Shown piece after piece: positions 35,922 through 49,088 of a stretch of DNA of 64,000 nt. The notes under the pieces were generated by a model. That model was given only the letters and a program-made list of their open reading frames with translations, ran no database searches and was not told where the DNA came from. Where the stretch lies: assembly GCA_965649825.1 (NCBI GenBank), contig OZ287709.1, positions 1-64,000 of the forward strand. Reading direction: 5' to 3'. This DNA comes from Penicillus capitatus. Taxonomy: Eukaryota; Plantae; Chlorophyta. A program made the position numbers and the translations under genes. Within the stretch, counting starts at the first letter, position 1. Each line of letters opens with the position of its first letter.

Positions 35922-37231
35922 ATGGCGTCGAACGAATCGGTGCCTTTCTGCGAAACGGATGTTCGTCGTCGATGCCTCTCCGCAGGAGGCGCCTCTTTCT
36001 TTTCGATCGTTTTTACAGCACCTTTCGATGTCGTCAAGGTAAGAGTTACCACTCCGGTCGTCTCCCTCTGTTCGACGGAGACGTCTCTTTCAGACACGCA
36101 TGCAAGCACAGAATGCTGCTATTCCACAAAACGTCACATCGCAGCCGTTCATACAGTAAACAACCTCCCAAGCTGTCTGCATAGATCGTGCTTCTCCGTC
36201 TTCTAGACGATTTGCTTTTGCCGGATGCCCTAACATGTGTCACACAGCAGCACTGGGACAGGGCAGATGGGCAGCTCTGTGTCCTCCGGAATGCTATGTC
36301 TATCTCTCAACATTGGATGCCCTGAAAAAGATCTCGCGACAAGTCTGAGAAGCGCCTTCAATTGGGTCAAAGATGTCATGACCTCTATCATGTATGATAG
36401 GAAGGGGTACGCGTTCTGTGGAGAGGGACTAGGGAGAGTCTCCTTATGGCTGTCCCATTGGTGGGTCTCTATCTTCCGCTCTACGATTACCTCCACGCAC
36501 AATTTCATGGGCTTGGACATGCTGCTCCAGTGGCGGCTGGAATGATCGCACGAACGATGTCGATGTTCTGCGTGGCGCCGATTGAGGTTGTGAGAATTCG
36601 ACTACAGGCCATTCGCCCGAGTGCATCGGGGAACAGATCCCTTATCTCAGAGCTGAAGTCTTTTGACTGGGGTCAGGGAAAGGGTCTGTTGTACAAAACT
36701 CGCACATTGTGGAAAGGATTCGGCGCAACAGTGCTTCCTCTCTTTCCGCAACAGATGCGCGATGCAGTGACGAATGGATGTTATGCAGGTAGCCAGAGAC
36801 GTGCCCTTCACAGCTGTATACTGGGGAATGCTGGAACCGATCAGGTTCGTGCCAATAGACCACCGTGTTCCCTTTGTTACCCTATGACATGTCTGTTACT
36901 GTTGTTCTGCAGACAGAAGATGTTATCGAAGGAACCTGAGAATCGATCGATGAAAGATATTCTCATTGCCAATGCTGTGGCAGGCGCTTCTAGTGGAATC
37001 GTGGCCTCGATCGTATCGCAGCCGATGGATGTCATCAAGACACGATTGCAGACAGCAGAGAGATCTGGGAATCCGGCAGCAGTATCGACAACGTGGCAGA
37101 TGTTCCGGCACATCTACAAGAATGAGGGAGTCAGAGGACTGTTTGCTGGAGGCGGACCGCGTACAATACGTTCTGGGCCATCCTGTGCTATTGTGTTATC
37201 TTCCTACGAATTGCTTAAAAGGATTCTGTAG
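35922..37231 (+). CDS. Mitochondrial carrier, SLC25A39/40 (MTM1)-like
   Basis: PFDVVKTRMQ, AVPLVGLYLPLYD, PIEVVRIRLQ, RDVPFTAVYW, PMDVIKTRLQ and PSCAIVLSSYE motifs. Confidence 0.88.
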
Positions 37232-37635
37232 ACGAGAAACGGTTGACGATCGTCGTCCTTTAAAGAGAAGGTGGGTCGTGTGAGAACGCGTGTTAATCGC
37301 GATGATGTGACGTTACATTCATGCCTCGTCATGCCACAGAAGTCATCTTCCTGACTTCGTGGCATTCAGACCATCGACGCTGTTCGTAAATAATAACAAC
37401 AGCGTTTGCGATTCGAAAGTCATCGTCAAGCAAAAGACGTGCACGAACGTAGCCTGTAAACCCATCTCCTCTTTGGAGCCGGAACGCACCGACGGTCGCT
37501 TTCGTTTAAATTCGGAGGACCCTTTTCGACATCAGTCACCGACTCACTCGAATCCATCCCGACGGCAAGCAGTCGTTTCTAAGGTCAGAGAACAAGCAGA
37601 ACAAGAAAGAGAGCGTGTTGCTTTCTCCTCCCGCC

Positions 37636-40600
37636 ATGCCACAGGTGTTGGTCTCGTTGCCGAAAGTAGACGTCACTGTTAAATCGTTTTAGGATATGCA
37701 GGTACATGCGGCTGAGAATGCAGTGCCAAGACCCAGGCCGACATTCTCTATGGAGAGTTTTTCAAATGCAGAGCATTTCATTCGGAAAGTTTGTTTCAAT
37801 CTCCCCTCACTCGTTGCCGAATCGCCGACCTCCACCGAACAGCATTTCGTTAACAATTACGTGAGGACGGCCAGGTGCATTCAATGCATCTGAGAAGGAT
37901 GATGCGATGGAGATTTTTCTGTATGCAGATACACGTTTTACAGCTTTCTCTTCATAAATCTTTTTGAGCAGTTTAGCCGAATTGCTAATATGTACTTTCT
38001 ACTGATTGCTGTGCTGCAATTGATTCCTGGATTGTCTCCGACGCATTGGTTTACGACTGTGGCGCCATTGATCTTTGTCTTGCTGGTCAATGCAATCAAA
38101 GAGATCTATGATGACTACTATCGCCACAAGAGCGACGATGAAGTCAACAATCGGCTCGTCGAGAGATTCGGAGGCCAACGGAATGGTGACATACTACGAG
38201 CGAAATGGAGAGATCTGAGAGTGCATGCTACTGCCGTTCTCTGTCCAGCTATCGGATAATTGGTGCATGTGACTATGCAGGTGGGTGATGTCGTAAGGGT
38301 GAGACAGGACGCTGAGATACCAGCAGATCTGGTCTTCCTGTCTTCTGCCGATTCCGACAGTCTCTGTTATGTGGAAACAGCAAATTTGGACGGAGAAACG
38401 AATCTCAAGCTCAAGTATTGCTATTCCAGGACAGCAAAAGCAGCATCAGTAGAAGAGCTTGAAGCTGCCTTGGATATTCGATTCATTGAATGCGAGGTCC
38501 CCAACGAGCGACTCTATCAAGTGCGATCCCATCGGTGTCCTTTTATTGTGTCTGCCTGATCTGGGTTTGCTGGATTAGTTTGATGGATCATTGGTAGACC
38601 AAAATGGCGATCGTGAAGCTCTCGATGCATCGAATCTCTTACTGCGTGGTTGTACGCTTCGGAAAACGGCATGGATCATTGGCGTTGTGGTCTTTGCTGG
38701 TGCGGATACCAAAATCCAACGCAATCAAAGCACTGGAAAGAGAAAAGTCACCCAACTAGAACGTCACATGAACATCCTCGTCATCGTTGTCTTCGTTGTT
38801 CAAGTGAGATCAAATGACAGTGACAGCAGCAGAGACAAGAAGAGAACTAACGGCGGTATGCACTGCCAGGTGGTTTTTGCTCTGATCGGCGCTGTGGGTC
38901 GAGAGATATGGCTTGATCAGCACAGTGGTGCTTACTATCTTGAAGCCACACATGGCTGGCCAGACCTCGGTCAAGGATGGACGGGCGGTGTTGTGACGAT
39001 GCTGCGTTTTATCATTCTGCTGAATCAGTTGATTCCCATCTCGCTTTATGTCACACTCGAAGTGGTGAAAGTGATTCAGTGTGTCTTTCTCAACTGGGAT
39101 CGGCAAATGTACCACAGAGAGACCGACACTCCATTTGTGTGCCGAACGACGACACTGAACGAAGACTTGGGACAAGTCCAGTACATACTGTCTGACAAGA
39201 CTGGTACTCTGACGCAAAACCTCATGGGTTGGGTATGGGCCAGCATAAACGGGCGACTTTATGGAAAAGAGGTAGATCAAGATAGACTGAGTGCCGTCGG
39301 GGTAAACGATCCACACACCATCGTTTACGATAAAGGCATCCTCCGCGCACTCGCTCGTATGAAGGGTAACAAAGAAGTAGCAATCGATGCTTCTCTCAGA
39401 CCTCTGCCTTACCATGGGAATGGATGTAGGAGATGCAAGAACATCGCAGTGCATCTCAGTTTTTATTGAATCTTGCTATCTGCAATACCGTGGTGCCGAC
39501 AACAGGGCCACACGGTGAAGTACAGTACCAGGTTCGCGCTTTCTGCGTTCCACCGTGCAAACATCGAATGAACCGGCAGCAAAGTGGAACGGTGTTTAGG
39601 CAGAGTCTCCTGATGAAGAAGCTCTGGTTCAGGGGGCTGCCTCATTAGGATACAAGCTCATCTCTCGATCGACAGACAAGGTCGAAGTCGAAGTCCATGG
39701 GAAACTCCATTGTTTCACGGTGTGTATGTTCATCTATCCGGGTGTTCGATTCGCCCTACTCACTCTCTGTATTGTGCGTGTTCAGGTCTTGGCTATCTTG
39801 GAGTTTAGTAGCGACAGAAAAAGAATGAGCATCCTCTGTCGAACACCCGACAAAAAAATAAGGTCCCCTCCTCTTTGCAAAAGGTCGCCTTTTTGTGACG
39901 GAATTTCGAAGATTGTACACAAAAGGTGCCGATGCAATGATCATGAGTCGGTTAGCTCCGGATCAACCGACGGTCAGTCCAACTACCGTCCATCTGAACA
40001 TGATGGCAGGAGAAGGATTCCGCACACTAGCAATCGCACAGAAAGATCTCACGGAGCGAGAGTATAATCAATGGAGTCGAGATTTTCATGCGGCAAGTGT
40101 TGCTGTCAACAACAGAGAAGAAAAAATTTGCAGAATGGCAGAACTCATCGAAACAGACTTGACTCTGATTGGTGCAACAGCTGTAGAGGATAAACTCCAA
40201 GTACGTGTGTCTACTGCTGTCACATCATCAACCTGGAGACGATGTGGGAATGGATGGATGCACAGATCGGAGTCCCCGATGCTATTGCCAGTCTCTCGAA
40301 CGCCGGGATCAAAATTTGGGTTCTCACAGGAGATAAATTAGAGACAGCAGTAAGCATCAGCTTCTCCTGTTCATTGTTCAATTCGAAAATGGACCTTGTC
40401 TACATCAAAGAGTGTGAGTTCCAGAAAAGACGAAACCGCGAGGTAGCTTTCTTTCTGTCCTTTGTCATTTCCTGACGCCTTTCCATTGACAGTATTTTCG
40501 AAGAAAGGCAGATGAAATCACAGAGAAGTCGTCGAGTGGTCATGGGGTGGGTTTGGTCATCGAGGGAAGCATGTTATCGTACGTATTGAAGCCGATCCTA

Positions 40601-41815
40601 CAAGATGAGTTTCTACGAATGTGTCAAAAATGTCGGGCAGTTGTTTGCTGCCGCGTTTCTCCGATTCAAAAAGCTCAAGTCACGAATCTTGTGCGTAAAA
40701 AGGCAAGAGCGATCACTTTAGCCATTGGAGACGGGGCCAACGACGTGGGAATGATTCAAGCAGCACACATCGGAGTAGGAATCAGTGGAAGAGAAGGACG
40801 AGCAGCCGTGCTGTCTAGTGATTTTGCCATGGCCCAGTTTCGATTCCTGAAGAGATTGTTGCTGGTTCATGGACGTTGGTCCTACAAGCGCAATTCAGAG
40901 GTCGTGCTCTATGCTTTTTACAAGAATTTTGCATATTGTCTGGCAAACGTCTATCTCAATTTCTTCTATGCTGGATTTTCATCTCAGCCGGTATATGGAT
41001 CGGCTCTCATTGCCACCTACAATGTCTTCTGGACGTCTCTACCCACAATGGGATTTGCCATTCTGGAACAAGACGTCACATCAGAGACGGTGAATACAGC
41101 GCCCAAGATCTTTGGAGAGACGATGCGAACAGACAGGAAGAGATTTTTCAAAGACTTGACTCGCTGGCTTCTAGAGGGCATTTGGCATTCTGTCATTGCC
41201 TTTCTGTTGCCGTTGTATTCACTCTGCGCAGCAGAATCGAATGGAAAAATGGTCGGCATAGACGAAATGGGCGTTTCTGTGTACACGGCCGTCATCATCC
41301 TCGTCAACCTCAAAATTGCAGTAAGTGTTCTCTCTGCACGATCTCTGTTTTCAGTCGATGTCTGCGGCAGTTGAGGACTCAGAACTGGACATGGATCAAC
41401 GTACTATTTGTATTCGTCATCAGCATTGGATTGTGGTTTCCCTTTCTACTCATCTGCAGTAATCTGTGGAGGTGGTGGGGATATCTCCCAGAGATGTCTG
41501 GAGTCGCGGCCAGACTCTTCGATATTCCATCCTTTTGGCTATCGGCAGTGATTGCTGCTCCCGTTTGTGGGATGTTCCTCGACTCCACCATCGTCGCTTT
41601 TGAGAATCGATTCTGGCCAAGAGATGTCCGAATTTATCAAGTATGTCACATATCGACATGCAATGATGTCCATTGATAGGAAATCGCTTTCTCTGCTGCA
41701 GGAATGTGAACAACAGGGACAGATTCCGGAATCCGATTCCCATAAAGACCATTCAGTCACACCCTCCAACAGTGGATTGATTCGCACACGCGACGGCATG
41801 TCGTCGGCTGTTTGA
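37636..41815 (+). CDS. ALA: P4-type ATPase (phospholipid flippase)
   Basis: [57 protein letters not shown] and AIGDGANDV motifs. The start position is approximate. Confidence 0.95.
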
Positions 41816-42110
41816 AAAAAATAAGCAGTCGATTTCGATGTATTGCGTTCAATAATGTCATGAACCAATATGTGACGGACAGACAGAGTTTCCTGCGATG
41901 AGCTTCTTTCTGTGGAACATTGCATGAATAATGGTTTCTTTGTTTCTGCTTTCGTGAAGCTTCTTGTGCCGCTAGATTTCTGACCCCGTGCATCTTTTCT
42001 GGATCTGGGTCTCTTCAGCTTTCTGACATACTGTGAAGTGTATCGTTCATCTCTTAGCGCTATTTAATTCTGCGACGCTAGTACCACGAGCACTTCATTA
42101 CAACTGGCTG

Positions 42111-43384
42111 TCATGACAGAAAATAAAACAACACGAACTGGAAGCCGGCTAAGGACAGAAGAAGATAATTATATCGATTCATATCCACGCCACCTGATGA
42201 CAACCCATCCAACGATCATCAGCCGAATGCCTCACAGAATCGATCCTACCGTAGTGTCGTGCTTCGTGGTAGAGCAGTCTCTTCAGACTCCGGACGAGAA
42301 AGGTACCCATGGACAGACTGCAATAGATCCAAAGGGCAACAGAGAGGTATTTTACTAAAGCCAGAAACAGGAAGGGTTTTGGCTGTGCCGATTATTCAGA
42401 CAAGCCCTAACTTTGAAAGGTTCCGTTCAGCAGCTGAAGGGTGAGAAGGACAAACATGTATCCAGTGTAGCATCCACTCTCAACAAACGACAGGGCTGAT
42501 GACATGGACATCATATATACCAGGATCTTGAAAACGCAGACATGCAAGAGCCACCCCAACAATCCCCGATACACCTACCTCATATCCCAAGCTGTTGTAT
42601 TGATCCACGACGAAGGGCATACCTTGGTGTACATGAGATCTGTGGAAAATTCGGAGATGGTCATATCTTTCAGGCATCCAAACACGCAGTAGCTGCAGAA
42701 GGCCATGAGAGGAATATACATATCCGGACAATTCACATCTGCCCGAGGAGCACGAAATCGGGGACCCCCAGGAATCTAGTGCGCAATAGGAACATGCAAT
42801 ACGCTTCTCTTGCTTAGCATCCGAGAAGAGAGCACTTGTTCTGGATGCCTGGTGAAGTTCCATCTCTTCAGATAGGGCGTCAACAGGATGATCAACTTTC
42901 TCCGAACTGTCCATCAGAGATTCGACACTGTATCAAGACGAATGGCAAAAATGGACCGTATTCATTGTTGATGGCAAAATGATAGTTTAGAATGGAACCA
43001 GAGAAGACGCCAATCTTCTCTTGAAACCTTTGAACGTACTGCTGACCTCCTTGCATAAACTGCTGGCCTATGTAACCACTCCATGAGTGCCCACTCCTTT
43101 CCTCTTTGTTCTGCTCTGGACCTATGAATTGAGTGGGAGCCGAAGAGAAGAAGGCATTGATGCCGTCCGCCGAAGCTGTCTAGAGTATAACCACGCAGTC
43201 TCACAAGCCGCTCCCGGTAAGAAGGCAGAGGATGTGTCACTTGGTGGCTCGTCATCGGCGGGGGTGGAGGGGGCACAAAGGGATGGACATTGGGATGCTG
43301 CTGTTGCATAGGAACAGCGCCATTGGCTTGTGGCACAAAGCCGTAGGACGACGACGATGACGACGGAGCTTGATATGGATCCAT
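42111..43384 (-). CDS. YIF1: YIF1/Hrf1 ER-Golgi membrane protein (spliced)
   Basis: Pro/Gln-rich N-terminus, YHFAINNEY, KLIILLTPY, DVNCPDMYIPLMAF and C-terminal YNYLLLSLAGFQF. Confidence 0.85.
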
Positions 43385-43448
43385 TTCAGAATGGAACTGC
43401 GATACGAACGGATCATTGCTTTTTCCACCACGTCATTTCTACCCTTGC

Positions 43449-44048
43449 ATGTTTTCTCTTCTCTATGGTCTACTGGACTACCTCTTTCGCAAAGACGAGC
43501 ACCGAATTCTAGTCTTGGGACTGGACCGTGCTGGAAAGACGACGTTCCTCGAACGACTGAAGAGCCTGTACACAGCGCACGAAGGGCTGGAACCGGAAAA
43601 GATACGTCCTACTGTGGGACTGAATGTTGCCCGTTTTGAAGCCCATAACTCAAATTTGATCTTCTGGGATTTGGGAGGTGCACCAAATTTGCGCTCTCTG
43701 TGGGAGAAGTATTACATCGAAACACATGGAGTGGTGTTCGTGTTGGATGCTTCTGAGAGCGAACGGTTCGCAGAGGCAAAGAGCGCTCTAGATAAAATAC
43801 TGGCATCGCGAGATTTGGTTGGCTGTCCACTTCTCGTGTGGTGCAATAAAATGTACAATTCCCAGGCCAAAGGGCCAGAAGAAGTGATGGAACATCTGGG
43901 TTTGAGCAAGATGTCACATCAATGGCAATGCAAGGCGGTAGCAGGCTGTGCATTAGATGGGACAGGGATCCACGAATCTATTGATTGGTTGGTTCAGGCA
44001 ATTAAGACGAGCAAAAGGAATACCGTTTTGCGTGACAGGGCAACTTAA
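43449..44048 (+). CDS. ARFRP1: ARF-related GTPase ARFRP1 (intronless)
   Basis: MFSLLYGL start, GLDRAGKT, PTVGLN, WDLGG and NKMY motifs. Confidence 0.92.
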   Translation: MFSLLYGLLDYLFRKDEHRILVLGLDRAGKTTFLERLKSLYTAHEGLEPEKIRPTVGLNVARFEAHNSNLIFWDLGGAPNLRSLWEKYYIETHGVVFVLDASESERFAEAKSALDKILASRDLVGCPLLVWCNKMYNSQAKGPEEVMEHLGLSKMSHQWQCKAVAGCALDGTGIHESIDWLVQAIKTSKRNTVLRDRAT

Positions 44049-44080
44049 ATAAGTGTTTGTCTGTAATAACACGAGAATCG

Positions 44081-45288
44081 TCATCTCTCTTCGATTCTCA
44101 GCAATTGATCCATCGCAATCTCCCACATGAGCCATTGAGCTGCATTAGCCGGAAAGGCACGAATCATCGTCGGTACAAATCCAGAGTATAAGGCTTTCCA
44201 GCGTCCTTCCTTCCATAACTACAAGATCAGACATGCATGTTTGTGAAGGATCATCATGGCTGAAGAATACATACCAGTTTGAGTTGCTGGGAAATTCGCA
44301 GATCGTATTTGTCACCCGGAAAGGCAGCCTGTAGCCGAGTCTTGGATACATCAAGAGGCAAAACGAAGCACCACATAATGATCCCGGCAAACCCGCCACA
44401 AAGAATTGCAGATGTAGCATCTGCCAGAATTTCACGAAAGCTCCTCACATGACCACGCTGTTCCGGCCGGCCAGGCACATAGCGCCTGAGGATTTCATAG
44501 GACGTAAAGAAAATGGAATTCCCAGGGATTTCGCGAATCATCGTCGCACCGACGCCTCTCGTCAATCCCCACCATCCCTCTCGTGACAACGTGAGACGCA
44601 GACAGTCCATCGGATTGTGAAATTTTGATCCCTTGGCCACTTGCATTCGACACTGAAACAGATAGATGCGTCAGGAGCACATCATAAAACGGCATTTGTG
44701 CCAAGACACAGGTATCCTGGCTGAGATGCATCTCAAAATACCTTGAGTAATTCAAATGGGCCGAGCACGGGACTGAGAAAGAATCCTGCTGTGCCTCCAG
44801 CTATAGCAACCTCAAACAAATTCGAATTCATGACACCAAGTGGATTTGCAGAATCCTGAACACGGAGCATTTCCCTCGCCGATGCTCAAAGACCGCCTAC
44901 CTTCAGAAAATTCAGCGTACGATGGAACACCTACGGTCATGGCGATGCCGAGATGCATGCTGCCAGTCAGGCTTACGAAGTAATTGATTCCTGTTTCGAG
45001 TGCTCCCCCGATGAGAGGAGGACTTAGACCACGGTAGAGTCCATGCGTTACCTGTAGACGTAGAGACGTTAGTTCAGGCGAGATCTGAGAGTGAGATGTG
45101 TGAGAAGAGTGCGCACGCACCCCTTCATATCTCAGTATTTGCATAAGACATTGCCAAGCTCCGCGGTAGACTCCCCTTTCCGCTTGCAAGCGCACTTTTA
45201 ATGTGTCGAAGGGGAAGCCGACGAGAATGTTGGCAGCCCCAGCGCATGTTCCTGCTGTCAGATCACTCTTAGGAGTGGAACTGGCCAT
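44081..45288 (-). CDS. Mitochondrial carrier, basic amino acid/carnitine-type (spliced)
   Basis: GFPFDTLKVRLQ, GLYRGL, REIPGNSIFF, LPLDVSKTRLQ and RAFPANAA motifs. Confidence 0.9.
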
Positions 45289-45920
45289 AAGTCGTATACG
45301 TGAGTGATGTCAACAATACGTGTTCCGTCGTGTCGTACGATAACAATCATGCAAGAATATTGCACATCTTGTCGGATGTTAAATCGATAATATTTTTCGG
45401 GAACGTTCACCCAGGATGGAAGGGGATGTGAGAATCTCCTATTCTTGGGGGAAAATAAAAAGGAGTCAAATGCAATGTTTATAAAACACCACAAACAGGC
45501 AACAGGGAAAAGATACAGGTAACGCAATCACACATAGTCACACAAACATACATGTAAATCATACACATCCATGAAGTGACAACTGATTGTCAATTGATGT
45601 GAACTACTCGCAGACAAGTCCAGTACGTTACCCGTCATGAAGTCTGGGTCGTAAAACGCATTTTGTCATCTTGACCTCCACGGAGATCAAGTCACAAGCT
45701 GAGAGCCATTTACTGTTTGATTTCTGACTATGTGCATCAAGGTTGTTAGGTTTGGATTAGCGACATAAGTAACGTTCCCTCAATGTTTCCAGTCGCTGAC
45801 CTTCGTACTTTACATCTTTCCAGCCGTCACAGGATCTTCTTCCTGGATTACGTTCACGAATTACAGCCAGGGCAAAACTAGAGATGGATTTGTAGTCGAT
45901 TCCTTTGTACAAAATAGAAC

Positions 45921-47660
45921 CTAGATAGAACATAGATACATGATGTGTGTATGGATAGGAGTGGATAAACCTTCTGGCTTCACGGTAACAATGACGTCAG
46001 AATCATGGCCGACGGCCCATTTCTGAGTTCCTGTTCGCACAAGACGTGCATGAACCATATCTGCGAAAGTCGTTCTTCCACTTGTTTCGCTCTTAACCCC
46101 TCCGCGAAAAGGATGTTCGCGTTTTGCAGCAGCGGGTTTGAGATTTGGCCCTTCCGTCGTTAAAATTGCACGGAGTTGTGGATGGGGGCTCGTTTCCGTG
46201 TCTGTTATGGCTGTGGCTGTTGTTGCTATTGACATTTGATGATCTCTAGCCTGATCAACAACACAGAGAGCCTGTCCATTGCGAGATATAACAACAGATG
46301 TGGGTGTACTTTTCTGCCTCCCTTGAATCTTTGACACAATCGTGTGGGTGCGTACTCTCTATCCCAGTCAGCGGATCCTGATCCTCTTGTCATTCGCTTC
46401 ACCGGCTTTCTCATGTAGGATTCATTCTTGTCAAGCATGTGTTTTTTCTCCCGGAAAGGTGTCTTCTTGGGTGTAGAATTTGCCTTTGGCATGGGGCTAG
46501 CCATACTGCTTTCGAGCGTGCAAGCGGGTAGACATGTCAGTTCCCGACCGATTGGGCGAATGCCTGAAGGCACTTCGCGACTGAGAGAGCTGCTCGCGTC
46601 GGCTGCTGAACTCGATTCCACAGTATCCAGATACTCCACTTCTCCAAGGAACAGACAATCTCGCGAGTGAAGAAAAGGAGTTCGATCTTGATAGAAAAGC
46701 GGCGGACCACTGCATGCGTCACAATGAAACGCAATGTGTGTTCCAATGTTTATCGTGGATGCCCAAGTCTCTTGAGAAGACGGCATCCCAGCACTCTTCC
46801 GTGCTTTCTTCCGAGGACTCGTACTCTTGGGCAGCTTCGTTGCCTTTTTAGTGCGGGGTTTTTTGGTGGCTGCATGTGCCGCAGAGAATGAACCGTTGCA
46901 GATCGTTGAACAAACTGGGACCATTTCGACACTATGAGGCGAAGGGAATATCTGTGTACTCGCTGTGACGGAATGCGACGAAGATTCGACCAGAAACCTC
47001 TTCTCCTCTGAACGATGCCAAGGGAGCGACAAGAAATGAGCTTCAGTGAAAAAATCATCAAGCGTTGTCGTCGCTCGACCCATAACATCTGAGTCCTCAG
47101 GCCGGCCGAGATCTTCGTCTAAGAAAGTGTCGCCAAAGCAGTTTAGCTCGTCGATGTCCAAATCCGTCAATGTACTGGCGGTTTCTCTTTTGCTCGGTGT
47201 CAGTATGGCGAGGGTTTCGTCATGCTTCTTGATATTGTTGTTATCATTGCCTAAACTGCGCAAGTTGTTTCGTCTATGTCCACCATCAACAATCGACTCC
47301 TTCAACGTTTCCCTGTGCACGGCGGCTTAGACACAGTGCTCATTAGGACTGCATGCTGTTGGCACCTGTATGCTTCGATGACTGATCGATCTGGTGACGG
47401 CACAGCATCGTGGACATGCTCAGGGCTGCTCCTGTTATTCAGCTTCTTCTTCTCGCGCAACTCATCTAAACTGCTCGTTCTCACAATCCGATCTTTGTGT
47501 GTTCTACATTCCTCTGCAACGGTCTCCTGCAGACAACAAACAGAAATCTCTATCACTGTGTTCTGTCCGCCAAACGCAAACGCCGATTCAGTGCCGACCG
47601 TTTAACGACGGGACGCGTGACAGACAGGTCGTTGCGAAGCGCAGCAACGCGTTTCATAAA
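45921..47660 (-). CDS. Uncharacterized multi-exon protein, Ser/Lys-rich
   Basis: ORFs 47302..47556, 46226..47320 and 45921..46337 can be joined by 53-56 nt introns. The start is unresolved and I recognised no family. Confidence 0.5.
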
Positions 47661-47905
47661 AACAACATGCGGAGCCTCGTGTCGTTCAATGTGGACGCGA
47701 CATTGCTGCAATCCGACAACCCGAGTGACGCACTTTTCACTCAGACAGCGTTCGACACACCGTCCAACGTACTTGCATCTTAAGCGCAGCGGTGTGGTGC
47801 GCTGTGACTGGAAGTGCGTTGGCAGTTGTGTCTCTACACGTTTGAACTTTCTTGTAATGCTCTAAAAAGAAAACGGTTCCAACGTTCAGTACAAATCCCG
47901 TCTGT

Positions 47906-48722
47906 ATGAGAGGCAACTCACAATCCACACGCTTCGGTGCGTTTTGGCGGTTAAAACGCATCCACGTCATCCCATGTTTCTCAGGCTACAAGCAGCTTCC
48001 CCGGCTAGGAGGACACGAATCAGAGGTGATGGAGAGAGAATACACCATCACACGGAAGCTGCTCATGATAAGCATCACTTCACAGGTAGCTGGTGGCGCG
48101 AAGGGGGAAGGGTGAGCCACGTGTCTAGGATTTCTGCCCTGCCCACCTCTGAAAGGGTGTAAAAACCCACGTCAGCACTGGAACCCGCTTTCCTTGGCCT
48201 TTCTGGGAGACGCCGTATGGGAAGTACGTGCCTAATTTCGTGGCGATACGTTTGAAGTGTTGGCTATCTTTAGCTCTATGTCCGGCGATTTGTTTTCTAC
48301 TCGACACAAACGAGTCTGGCTTCCATGCATGACGTGGCATCTCATGAGACGCGGGCTGAGACTCAGGTATTATCACCTGTTGGACCTAGAGATCGCAACA
48401 TCTCCAACTTGAATGTCAGGCCGACTACTTTGATCGGCTACAAGAGGGGACATTCCTGACAGCAGCAGAGAAGGACATCTTGCGTTGGGGAAAGAATGCA
48501 AACAAGATGCCTTCGGCCAAGCGATTGGCCACTCTGACCAAGGAACAATACAGAAAGTCGACAGCCTTTGAATGCCTGGTACTCAGATTTCAGACATCGT
48601 ATTTCATATGTCTCACGCACATCATGTTTCATGGACAGCTAGGATATCTCTACCTCTCCAACGTGGATCGACTGGCCGAATTGGCGACCCACCTTGGGTT
48701 TATGAAGAATGCAGCATCATAA
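47906..48722 (+). CDS. Mini-ribonuclease III (MrnC/RNC3-4-like), spliced
   Basis: WNPLSLAFLGDAVWE, RAETQ, EKDILRWGKNA and YRKSTAFECL-LGYLYL motifs. Confidence 0.88.
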
Positions 48723-49088
48723 CATCCATCAAGAGTAAGGATTCTTCTGTCAAAAGCACGGCATGATTGCCACAAGAATGTGAATTTTAACATTGAATCG
48801 ATTTGTAAGGGCTGGTTCTTCGCAATACCGATAGGGACCGACCATATAGAAACAAACATAGTGGCGGTGGGTACGCGGTTTATATCGGCGGGAAATACAG
48901 TGAGACCGTCTGCGGATAAAATGCGCGGCCATTGTCTGCCAAAAGCGATTTATGTCACAGATACAAGAGATTCAGGTCAACAATCAATGGAAAAGACGTA
49001 TCGTCTCTGTCATTCTCATGGTGGATTATGCCTGTTAAGCGACGGCTTATGAATGACAGAAGATACATGCAAGGACGTGTGCATCTTT

